A DNA stretch of 64,000 nt from Hormiphora californensis (Eukaryota > Animalia > Ctenophora). The position numbers and the translations under genes were made by a program. Where the stretch lies: the NCBI GenBank assembly GCA_020137815.1, contig CM035351.1, positions 5,704,001 through 5,768,000 of the forward strand, read 5' to 3'. How positions within the stretch are numbered: position 1 is the first letter of the stretch; the number at the start of each line of letters is the position of its first letter. The notes beneath the pieces were generated by a model. It was not told where the DNA came from and made no database searches. It saw only the letters and a list, made by a program, of their open reading frames with translations. Shown piece after piece: positions 37,131 through 47,432 of the stretch.

Positions 37131-39567
37131 ATCTACTCCATCTCTCAGCTTACCTACCTTCCATTTACTCCATCTCTCAGCTTCCCTACCTCCCATTTAC
37201 TCCATCCCTCAGCTACCCTACCTCCCATTTACTCCATCTCTCAGCTTCCCTACCTCCCATTTACTCCATCTCTCAGCTACCCTACCTCCCATTTACTCCA
37301 TCTCTCAGCTTCCCTACCTCCCATTTACTCCATCCCTCAGCTACCCTACCTCCCATTTGATCCATCTCTCAGCTTCCCTACCTCCCATTTACTCCATCTC
37401 TCAGCTACCCTACCTCCCATTTACTCCATCTCTCAGCTTACCTACCTCCCATTTACTCCATATCTCAGCTTCCCTACCTGCCATTTACTCCATCTCTCAG
37501 CTTCCCTACCTCCCATTTACTCCATCTCTCAGCTACCTTACCTTCCATTTACTCCATCTCTCAGCTTCCCTTCCTCCCATTTACTCCATCTCTCAGCTAC
37601 CCTACCTCCCATTTACTCCATCTCTCAGCTACCCTACCTCCCATTTACTCCATCTCTCAGCTTCCCTACCTCCCATTTACTCCATCTCTCAGCTACCTTA
37701 CCTTCCATTTACTCCATCTCTCAGCTTCCCTTCCTCCCATTTACTCCATCTCTCAGCTACCCTACCTCCCATTTACTCCATCTCTCAGCTTCCCTGCCTC
37801 CCATTTACTCCATCTCTCAGCTTTCCTACCTCCCATTTACTCCATATCTCAGCTTCCCTACCTGCCATTTACTCCATCTCTCAGATACCCTACCTCCCAT
37901 TTACTCCATCTCTCAGCTTACCTACCTCCCAATTACTCCATCTCTCAGCTTCCCTACCTCCCATTTACTCCATCCCTCAGCTACCCTACCTCCCATTTGA
38001 TCCATCTCTCAGCTTCCCTACCTCCCATTTACTCCATCTCTCAACTACCCTACCTCCCATTTACTCCATTTCTCAGCTTCCCTACCTCTCATTTACTCCA
38101 TCTCTCAGCTACCCTACCTCCCATTTACTCCATCTCTCAGCTTCCCTACCTCCCATTTACTCCATCTCTCAGCTTACCTACCTCCCATTTACTCCATATC
38201 TCAGCTTCCCTACCTGCCATTTACTCCATCTTTCAGATACCTTACCTTCCATTTACTCCATCTCTCAGCTTCCCTACCTCCCATTTACTCCATCTCTCAG
38301 CTACCCTACCTCCCATTTACTCCATCTCTCAGCTTCCCTACCTCCCATTTACTCCATCTCTCACCTACCCTACCTCCCATTTACTCCATCTCTCAGGGGT
38401 AGGAATGTTAGGATAAATGAGAGATGGAGTAAATGGGAGGTAGGGAAGCTGAGATATGGAGTAAATGGGAGGTAGGGAAGCTGAGAGATGGAGTAAATGG
38501 GAGGTAGGGAAGGTAAGCGATGGAGTAAATGGGAGGTAGGGAAGCTGAAAGATGGAGTAAATGGGAGGTAGGGAAGCTGAGAGATGGAATAAATGGGAGG
38601 TAGGGTAGCTGAGAGATGGAGTAAATGGGAGGTAGGGAAGTTGAGAGATGGAGTAAATGGGAGGTAGGGAAGCTGAGGGATGGAGTAAATGAGAGGTAGG
38701 GAAGCTGAGAGATGGAGTAAATGGGAGGTAGGGAAGCTGAGAGATGGAGTAAATGGGTGGTAGGGTAGCTGAGAGATGGAGTGAATGGGAGGTAGGGTAG
38801 CTGAGAGATGGAGTAAATGGGGGGTAGGGAAGTTGAGAGATGGAGTAAATGGGAGGTAGGGAAGCTGAGGGATGGAGTAAATGGGAGGTAGGGAAGCTGA
38901 GAGATGGAGTAAATGGGAGGTAGGGAAGCTGAGAGATGGAGTAAATGGGTGGTAGGGTAGCTGAGAGATGGAGTGAATGGGAGGTAGGGTAGCTGAGAGA
39001 TGGAGTAAATGGGAGGTAGGTAAGCTGAGAGATGGAGTAAATGGGAGGTAGGGAAGCTGAGGGATGGAGTAAATGGGAGGTAGGGAAGCTGAGAGATGGA
39101 GTAAATGGGAGGTAGGGTAGCTGATAGATGGAGTGAATGGGAGGTTGGGTAGCTGAGAGATGGAGTAAATGGGAGGTAGGGAAGCTGAGAGATGGAGTAA
39201 ATGGGAGGTAGGGAAGCTGAGAGATGGAGTAAATGGGAGGTAGGTAAGCTGAGAGATTGAGTAAATGGGAGGTAGGGTATCTGAAAGATGGAGTTGATGA
39301 GGGCTAGGGAAGCTGAGATATGGAAACGATTATGGATAGGGATTCCCTACCCCTAATCGTTTCCATCTCTATGCTTCCCTAATAGGGAAGCTGAGAGATG
39401 GAGTAGATGAGGAGTAGGGTAGCTGAGAGATGGACTAGATGAAGGGTAGGGTAGCTGAAAGATGGAGTAGATGAGGGGTAGGGTAGCTGAAAGATGGAGT
39501 AGATGAGGGGTAGGGTAGCTGAGAGATCGAGTTGATGAGGGGTAGGATAGCTGAGAGATGGAGTAGA
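37131..39567. repeat. 32-bp minisatellite (CCATTTACTCCATCTCTCAGCTTCCCTACCTC) in two opposed blocks
   Basis: About 39 units to 38395, about 28 inverted units from 38419, and about 6 diverged units at 39385-39567. Confidence 0.95.
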
Positions 39568-40017
39568 TCAAGATCAAGAAATATTTGATTCGGCACCGAC
39601 CCTCTCTCTACTCCTCGATGTTTCCCGCCATGTTCTGCAGCTGCTGTGTGAGAGTTGAACGCGAGCGCGTCAATAACATGACACGACATGCAACACGACA
39701 TGCAACACGACATGCGAGATGCGAATTTCATTATTTTGAAGTTTTGAGGGGTTGCGATTTTTGTTTTAGGTCGGAGAGTGAAACGGCCGGTACAGTGGTA
39801 AACTAGATTAAAAACTGTACGCCTCGTTAGACGGCGATTTTTCCTATCTTGTCTGCTTCCTGAGATATGGCCCCCTAAAGAGTTGGTGTCTCAAACTGCT
39901 GAATCGGGGTCACGCGAGGAAAATGGGCATCAGTTTGCGTGTACTGCTCCGTTTTTCACGGGACTTGAACGAGGGTGACGGCAAGAGTCTCACCTATTAC
40001 ATGGTATCCTTACATTG

Positions 40018-41374
40018 TAGGATTTTATTATGCCTATAAGTTGTACCTGAAAACTTATAACACGAGACCGAAGGTCGAGTGTTATAAGTGCAACAATAAT
40101 GATCCGAGACCACAGGTCGAGGCAGATTCTTGTACTTTAGTGCACGAGCCTGCGAGTGCCACTAAGTTTGACTACCTCACGAGCCTGCGAGTGATGTAGT
40201 TTTACTTTTTGACCGAGCCTGCGAGGTCTAAAAGTGTACGAATCTGGGACATTATTGTTGACGTCAGGTACAACGAAAACAGGCATAATAAAATTGCATT
40301 GTAAAATTTTTTAAACAAGAGTGAGAGACACTTTAGCATAGGGCGTAACAATAGAACAAATTCATGATAAGGTAGCAGGCAGAGAAATCAGTATAAGATA
40401 AGATAACGCCTGAGATAGGTAAAGAGAGTGAGAGATTAGTGAGAGTGAGAGATAAAGAATGTGTGGGTCCGGGAGTTCGTAACTGTTATCTTGATTTCGA
40501 TGCTGCAACGGCGTGAGAGTGTGACATAAAGAAAGAGAGAGAGGGAGTTCGTACACGTTTATCTTTCTAACGGTTTTTAAACGTGACAGAAACAGTGGCG
40601 TTCGAAGTGCAGCAGTGTTATAAGTTTTCATGTATAACTGGGCAGTGTTAGGCTATAAGCATACTGATCGTGATGATCATAATCAGTTAAAAAGATGAAG
40701 TGTGCTCATGGTTTTGATCATCATCATCTGCAAAAAACTGCAGTGTGCGCAACATTATGATCATCACGTAAGAGCTGGCCCTGGAGCCGTCTCTTAAGTT
40801 GGATGATGATCATCAACACCTAGTGTGCGCACGTTCTGATCTTATTCTTATGGAGGGCTGCACTGTAGTCATGTGACATGTACCACGTGGTACGACTTCG
40901 CGCGCACCAGAGGCTGTTGTACAGGTCACGTGATATGCAACAGCCTCTCAGAGCGTGCGATTAGGCAAGAGGAGGCAAGGGGGAGATAGCATCATCATGC
41001 TGAGCACACTGGTCATGATGATCATGATCAAAAGGCAAGTTCCAACAAGTTGAGTATGGTTTATGATGATCAAACCTGCGCACACTATGGTTTATGATGA
41101 TCAAACGTGAACACACTATGGTTTGAGAGCATCATGATGCATCAAGCCTCCATCATGATGATAACCATCAGTGTGAGCGCTTCTTTGATGGTGACCATCA
41201 AAATCTCCGCACACTGACCTGATTATGATCATCACGATCAGTATGCTTATAGCCTTATAAGTTTTCACTTATAACACTGCCCAGTGTTATAAGTTTTCAC
41301 TTATAACACTGCCCAGTGTTATAAGTTGTACAAGCAGTGCTACCTAAAGAATTATATTATATCTCAAAATTTTA
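40018..41374. mobile_element. Insertion bounded by CATTG/CAATG, containing a short TIR unit (40022-40295)
   Basis: Interrupts the right arm of the 36582 element at CATTG. Inner inverted repeat ATTTTATTATGCCT...AGGCATAATAAAAT; GAGCCTGCGAG repeats. Confidence 0.65.
40651..41254. mobile_element. PIF/Harbinger-type MITE
   Basis: TTA|GGCTATAAGCATACTGATCG...CGATCAGTATGCTTATAGCC|TTA; the empty site regenerates the host repeat CAGTGTTATAAG. Confidence 0.85.
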
Positions 41375-41574
41375 CAATGTGTATTAAATCTAAAATGACT
41401 GAGCAGCATGCTTGTTAATGAACCTTGACGTGTTTGCTTGTCTCGCAAGCGCGCTCGCGACTAGCAAACACGACATGCAGTTCACACCCTGTTAATGTCT
41501 TTTAATGTCCTAAATAATAACGGACAATTTAATGTCCCAAAAATCGAGGGACATTAAAGGACATTTTAATACGC

Positions 41575-41610
<36 letters not shown>

Positions 41611-42737
41611 TTTCAAAAAATCCGACTTTAGACCATATTATCCAATGTCCAACAAGTTCAAGGTGATTTGAATTGACTGGTATGGAAAGCGCGTTAAATT
41701 GATGTATCCGCCGCGCTGCTCAAAAAGAAAGAGCCGCGCGGAGACTATGGCTGATCCTCAATAAACTAAAACTGTTAAAAAAATCGTCGCGAAAACGTCA
41801 AAATTTTCCGGAAGCTTGCAGGCTGCAGCCTCTGTGGCCTGGGCCCTGCTTGCGGGGAATCTGCCCCTTACACCCTCGCGGGGCTGCGTCCCTGGGCCCA
41901 GCTCCATCTCTGGGGATGCGTTGCAGTTTGCAGCCTTATCGTGCTGCCTGCATTGGGCGGAATCCGGGGCGGGACCTTCAAAAACGGAAATACCGCGTGG
42001 GGCATTAAAAAGGCAACCTAGGGTATAGTACATATATTATCATAGTTCAAGATATCTTGAAGCTGTGTAGAAGACTAGAAGTGGAGTTGTGCCATGTGGT
42101 ATAGTTGTAACAGTGGACAGCGTGGAAGTGAAGTTGTGGCAGAAGTGAAGTTGAAGCGAGGCTTGTATTTTGTTGGTGTAGACTGCAGTTAGGGTGTAGT
42201 GGAGGTGGGTCTAAATTCGATAGTATTTATAAAGGTATCACTTGAGCCAGCTTCGGTGTGCAGTGCGATGTAGAGTCGAACCAACCAAACCAAACTACCC
42301 GAATTTTCCCGTCCAAGTCTGGAACCTGAGAGTGACTGTACAATATACAAACGCAGAAAGTTGAATTTATTAATTAAATTTTAAAGTTGCGTGAAGACAA
42401 AACGTCAAAACATGTTTAACTAAGCATACACAACGAAATAATACAACTGTCTTTAGAATGCAACACATGTTTCATGGAATCCCTGACGGGAATCCAATCA
42501 TCAGGCGGCTAACTAAGCATACCAAACATTTTGTAGTCCGAAACTTGTTCATAGCGACTCAACGACAAACGCAAAAAGGCTACAACAACAGAACGAAAAG
42601 GTCCCCTTCACAGCAAATCTCATTGACGATGAAAATATTTGTTATGTTCTAACCCTCCCTTTATATTTGTAAAGGTAGGTGTTTCGGGTGCGGGGCGCCC
42701 GAAACACAGTCTAGCCAGGCAAGAAAATATTGTTCAC

Positions 42738-45700
42738 TCACAACTTATATATCTTATATATCTCACTCATTTCGATTTCAACAGGATTCATCGCAGGAAT
42801 CACTGCAGGAATCACTGCAGGAATCACCGCAGGAATCACCGCAGGAATCACCGCAGGATTCACCACAGGAACCACTGGAGGAACCACCGCAGGAGCCACC
42901 GCAGGAGCCACCGCAGGAACCACTGGAGGAACCACTGCAGGAATCACTGCAGGAATCACCGCAGGAACCACCGCAGGAATCACCGCAGGAATCACCGCAG
43001 GAATCACCGCAGGAATCACCGCAGGAATCACCTCAGGACGTGCTGCACCAGGAAGTGCTGCACCAGGACGTGCTACACTTTTCTTTAGCAGCTCCACAAT
43101 ATCATCGTAAAGAATCAGAATGGGGTTGATGATGGAGTTGCAGGGTAGGAAGAAGATGGAGAAGTATCGGTACATGTGAGAGAAGTCAAAGTACTCTGTG
43201 TAGTGCATTGTGCAAACGATCATAAATGGAACCCAGGTGAAGATATCCGTGGTTACAAGCACTGTTATTTTTCGCTGTAGTTTTCTATTCCTTTTCATCA
43301 GTGCAACATTGTTGTTTTCTCCTCCCGCCGCCTCGCTAGACTTTAATGTAACAATATTTATCACCAGATAGCATATTGCAATCACAATAACACACATCAA
43401 GTTGCTAACCTGGACCGGTCCTATGTACCAAATGTGTGGATTATCGCTTCGAACAAAGAAGTTGAAGAGACATATCCCACTAGTTGCATAAAAGCTCAGA
43501 CTCTCCACTCTCGGGGAGGTATCGTTGTACATGTCCCTTACAAGGTAACGTAATGTATCCCAATCCATCTCCCCGCCGTCTGCTGCTGAATGGAACCGAC
43601 CGTAGAACCCTTGGAGAATTTTATAATTAGCCTCTTTGTCTATCGAACCAACAAAGTATTTGTTGTTTTCATACACCACACTTCTCACAAAGAAATCTTC
43701 CAATCGTGGAATTACTGGAACAGTTGCAATAACACTCGCCGAAACTAATATTGCCAGTGTACCAGAGGCAAGTTTTACCAGATACCTTCGGTTCAGATCA
43801 GTTTTGACGGAAATATCTGCACTCAGTATACCTTTCATCCTTATGAGACTCAAGAGGGACATCGAGTAGAGAGAGATGAGCGATCCAATAGTGGAAAGAA
43901 TACCAAGTAAAGGACAAAATGGCTTGGTGAGCCATCCGAACTGAGATTCACAGGTGCTCTTGTTGAAAAAGGTGTCTCCGACAGCCACACAGAGGAGAAA
44001 CAAACCCTGCAAAAAGTCACCGAATGATATAACCAAAACGAAGGCTTTGTTGGTCCTACCTCGGTTCGTTTCCAGTTTAAAGAAATCCTTCAAGCCCTGG
44101 GCCGAGACAAAAATGTTCAAAACTACTGCTACAATTCCGAAAATCCAAGCAGAAACTTTCAAAAAAACATTCGGGAGAATCTTGACGGTAGTGGTACAAT
44201 CCTCGTTACATTCATCAGAAAAGTCCTGGCAGTCAAATACACCGTCACACCTTCTAGACTTTGCAACAAACTCTTTCGTATTTGTGCACTGAAAGTTATT
44301 TTCACATCTTGTCTCATCACTCTGGTCTCCGCAATCGTCCACAAGGTCGCATACTTTGGAGTAGGGTACACATCGGAGGTTGGAACAACCAAATAAGTTG
44401 TTTGTGAATGTCCCATTGGGGCCTTTTACAACTCTAGTTAGCTGGTGGTCACTATTGATTGTCAGGAACCGCTTGGAATGAGTGGAAGAACATGATTCCC
44501 TACGAAGAGGTTTCAGGGGGCAGGTAACACTACAATCACCCTTGCAGGATAGGTAAACGTACAGCTCTCCAAATATATCTTCACATGATTGTTGGTAGCT
44601 GACTGGCAAAATCAGTTGAGTGTTTGCGGTATAAAGTGCCTTTGGGCCGATATAAAACTCCTTCTCTGTGCACGGTTCCATGTGCCGGGAAAGGCTCAGA
44701 AGTCCCGGGAGACAATATAGCAAACTCTTTTTGTATCCTAATTCAGTCGTCCAAACCTCAGCTCCAAGCTTATCGTTTCTCCTTGAAATGAGACAGAGAA
44801 TGCTGTCACAGTAGTTTGTATCAGTGCAGGCTACATCAGATCGCAGCAAGGCGGTAGGATGTCCTGGACATTTTAGCATAACCATCCCAAGGCAAGATGA
44901 CGGACTGAGTGACTTGAGCTGTAATGTTCCAAGACCACACTTAGTGTACCACTTTCTATCTTTTTCGTCATCACCATTTTCACAGTCCTCGATGCCATCT
45001 CCGATCCACTCATTTGGAAATTGAATGGGAATCCTTTTTTCTAACATGTACTTTCTTGTACACGTAAAATCAGCGGCCATATAAAGACAGGCATTTACTA
45101 TTTCATCTGCCCCACCTTCACAATCCGACTTTCCATCGCACAACTGATGCTTGTGAAGGGTACATTGCCAGCCCGGTGTTCGACACATCTTATCAATACC
45201 ATCATCGCACAACTGCTTGTTTCGGGTTATTGATCCACAAACCATTCGCTTGGAAACTGTGGTCGGATACCCATTTACATTGCAAACTAGAGAAGAGCTA
45301 GCTGGTGTATTGGACTCACTCACCGAACAGTTCATTTGATCACGGTAGTCACTGCAAACAAGTAACGATTTTGTGTTAATATTCACCGGACCACACATAT
45401 TTTCTTTGACGATCACTCGCTTATCTACCATGGTGTCAAAGTTTGTGCTCCGGCAAATGGCCACTTGCTGTGATCTACACAATCCTTCATCTCCATTATC
45501 GTAACAGTGCTTAACCCCGTCGCATACGTATTTGGGTTGGATATACATCCAGGTCTTTTCTTTCGATTTACAAAAGATACCAAACTGCTGGCCGTAGCAG
45601 TAAGCCTCGTCGGAGCACGAGTTAGTACAATCACACTTTTCATCACAGATGTTTCCACGACTAACAAACGCCTCCATTCCCTTCTCCCAGTATCTCATGC

Positions 45701-46265
45701 ATCTGATCTTTTGAGTGTTCCTTTCACATTCATACTCGTCAACTGGAATGTTCTCTTTTGTGTTTCGACAATGGGCAACTCCATCGCACCGAAAGAAATG
45801 GCTGTTGCTGGCTGAATACCAAGTTCTATCATATTCCGAGAGTGGGTCTCGTAACAAACATGGATACGTTAAACACACTGCCTGGTTTTTTTGTAAGGCT
45901 GCTCCGTAGATGATTTCATTATTGTACCCCTTGAAATTAATTATCCCACACATCTGGTAAGATGTGGGATCATCTGGACAGATCAGGTTGGTCTTGGCAT
46001 CTCCGGAGTTCTTGGAGTTAGAAATCTCGTAGAATAGATTCCTCGATGGATCACTAAACGGACACCGGTTCACAATCTTGTTCATCACAATGCATTGGTC
46101 ACGGAGGAAGTCGTCTTCATCTGCGATGATGGTGCATTTTGAAGGAGGGAAACCAGTGGCGTTTTCCCACTCCCCAGTTTGTCTGTTCGCCATCGGCCAA
46201 GGGGTCCAAGTCCATTGTGCCTTGGTCAGGCACAGCAGAAAGACTGTGACTATGGTGGGCGACAT
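42738..46265 (-). CDS. Intact intronless LDLa-repeat 7TM receptor with a (PAVI)n cytoplasmic tail
   Basis: Signal peptide MSPTIVTVFLLCL, multiple LDLa modules (CDLVDDCGDQSDE, CDGVFDCQDFSDEC), 7TM (ISFGDFL, TDIFTWVP, NSIINPIL). Confidence 0.9.
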   Translation of the reverse strand: MSPTIVTVFLLCLTKAQWTWTPWPMANRQTGEWENATGFPPSKCTIIADEDDFLRDQCIVMNKIVNRCPFSDPSRNLFYEISNSKNSGDAKTNLICPDDPTSYQMCGIINFKGYNNEIIYGAALQKNQAVCLTYPCLLRDPLSEYDRTWYSASNSHFFRCDGVAHCRNTKENIPVDEYECERNTQKIRCMRYWEKGMEAFVSRGNICDEKCDCTNSCSDEAYCYGQQFGIFCKSKEKTWMYIQPKYVCDGVKHCYDNGDEGLCRSQQVAICRSTNFDTMVDKRVIVKENMCGPVNINTKSLLVCSDYRDQMNCSVSESNTPASSSLVCNVNGYPTTVSKRMVCGSITRNKQLCDDGIDKMCRTPGWQCTLHKHQLCDGKSDCEGGADEIVNACLYMAADFTCTRKYMLEKRIPIQFPNEWIGDGIEDCENGDDEKDRKWYTKCGLGTLQLKSLSPSSCLGMVMLKCPGHPTALLRSDVACTDTNYCDSILCLISRRNDKLGAEVWTTELGYKKSLLYCLPGLLSLSRHMEPCTEKEFYIGPKALYTANTQLILPVSYQQSCEDIFGELYVYLSCKGDCSVTCPLKPLRRESCSSTHSKRFLTINSDHQLTRVVKGPNGTFTNNLFGCSNLRCVPYSKVCDLVDDCGDQSDETRCENNFQCTNTKEFVAKSRRCDGVFDCQDFSDECNEDCTTTVKILPNVFLKVSAWIFGIVAVVLNIFVSAQGLKDFFKLETNRGRTNKAFVLVISFGDFLQGLFLLCVAVGDTFFNKSTCESQFGWLTKPFCPLLGILSTIGSLISLYSMSLLSLIRMKGILSADISVKTDLNRRYLVKLASGTLAILVSASVIATVPVIPRLEDFFVRSVVYENNKYFVGSIDKEANYKILQGFYGRFHSAADGGEMDWDTLRYLVRDMYNDTSPRVESLSFYATSGICLFNFFVRSDNPHIWYIGPVQVSNLMCVIVIAICYLVINIVTLKSSEAAGGENNNVALMKRNRKLQRKITVLVTTDIFTWVPFMIVCTMHYTEYFDFSHMYRYFSIFFLPCNSIINPILILYDDIVELLKKSVARPGAALPGAARPEVIPAVIPAVIPAVIPAVIPAVVPAVIPAVIPAVVPPVVPAVAPAVAPAVVPPVVPVVNPAVIPAVIPAVIPAVIPAVIPAMNPVEIEMSEIYKIYKL

Positions 46266-46892
46266 TACCAAACTTTGAGTACCAAAAATCAAGTAGTTTG
46301 TATTTTTTTCAGGCACATTTATAATCAGACCATTTGAAAAGAATATCGATATTATATGCGACCAATCAAAGCGAGGTAACATATTTTAATATACGACCTA
46401 TCACAGCGCGGCTAGGTATCATATTTAATATACGACCTATCAGAGCGAGATATCTTTTTACCAAAATGCTTTTTATCATGGTTGCACCTGCATCTTTTAA
46501 TATATTAATACTAGCGCACCCATTGGTTGCACCTCTGACCTCAAGGGTTTTGACAACCCACCTGGCTCCGCCGGGTGGCTCTCTTTATTCCCACAGTTGA
46601 CACCAATTCAATGGTTGCCATGGCAAATGAATCGGCAACTATGGAGACTACATTGATCAATTATGTTCCAATCACAAACTGCCAACAGAGTGAAAACATC
46701 TGCTCCCCAAAGCTTAGCAATTAACTTATCAACATGCTCTATATATTTTATATCGTACTGATATGACCAAATTTTGGGGTTCTGGTCCGGTGTAAAATGT
46801 TGTCCCCGGTTCGGCCAAGAATGGCTTTACCAGCCCGACCTGAAAGAGGCTCCTCGGCCCTGCACCGTTATACTACTTCTCTCTTCCAATCA

Positions 46893-47368
46893 ACAATTAC
46901 CCCACAATTATGCCACAATTACCTCACAATTACCCCACAATTACCCCACAATTTCCCAACAATTAGCCCACAATATATCCCCACAATTACCCCACAATAT
47001 ATCCCCACTATTACCCCACAATTACCCCACAATTACCCCACTATTACCCCACAATTATTACCCCACAATTACCCCACTATTACCCCACAATTACCCCACA
47101 ATTACCCCACAATATATCCCCACAATTATCCCACAATTACCCCACAATTACCCCGCAATTACCCCACAATTACCCCACAATTACCCCATAATTATCCCAC
47201 AATTACCCCACAATTACCCCATAATTACCCTACAATTACCCCACAATTACCCCACAATTATTACCCCACAATTACCCCACAATTACCCCACAATTACCCC
47301 ACAATTACCCCACACTCACCCCACAATTACCCCACTGATATCAACAATTACCCCACATTTACCCCACT
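46893..47368 (+). repeat. 11-bp minisatellite (AATTACCCCAC)n
   Basis: Directly visible tandem array. Confidence 0.95.
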
Positions 47369-47432
47369 GATATATTTTTGGTGACAAGTCCCATGTTCAC
47401 AGTAAACAGTTGTAGTAAATGTTAATATAGAG

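Larger units (their letters stand above)
36582..41491. mobile_element. Large foldback element with CAGGGTGTG termini, TTAAT duplication and a central inverted minisatellite
   Basis: Left arm 36582-~37135; right arm 39560-40017 plus 41375-41491. Confidence 0.85.
33663..41609. mobile_element. Foldback element with poly-G/poly-C termini and 8-bp TSD GTTTCAAA
   Basis: G(n)CCCGCGT...ACGCGGGC(n); internal inverted arms ~35280-35530 and ~35728-35960; CATTAAAGGA subterminal repeats. Confidence 0.8.
33521..41630. mobile_element. MITE with the same termini; outermost layer of a nested transposon stack
   Basis: Left TIR at 33521. The right TIR is split at GTTTCAAA (33655-33662 and 41610-41617) and completes at 41630. 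Confidence 0.8.

Noticed and set aside
37131-39567. CRISPR-like 32-bp periodicity and long ORFs (292, 372 aa)
   Set aside because: Units are contiguous with no unique spacers and no cas genes; the ORFs are translations of a stop-poor satellite.
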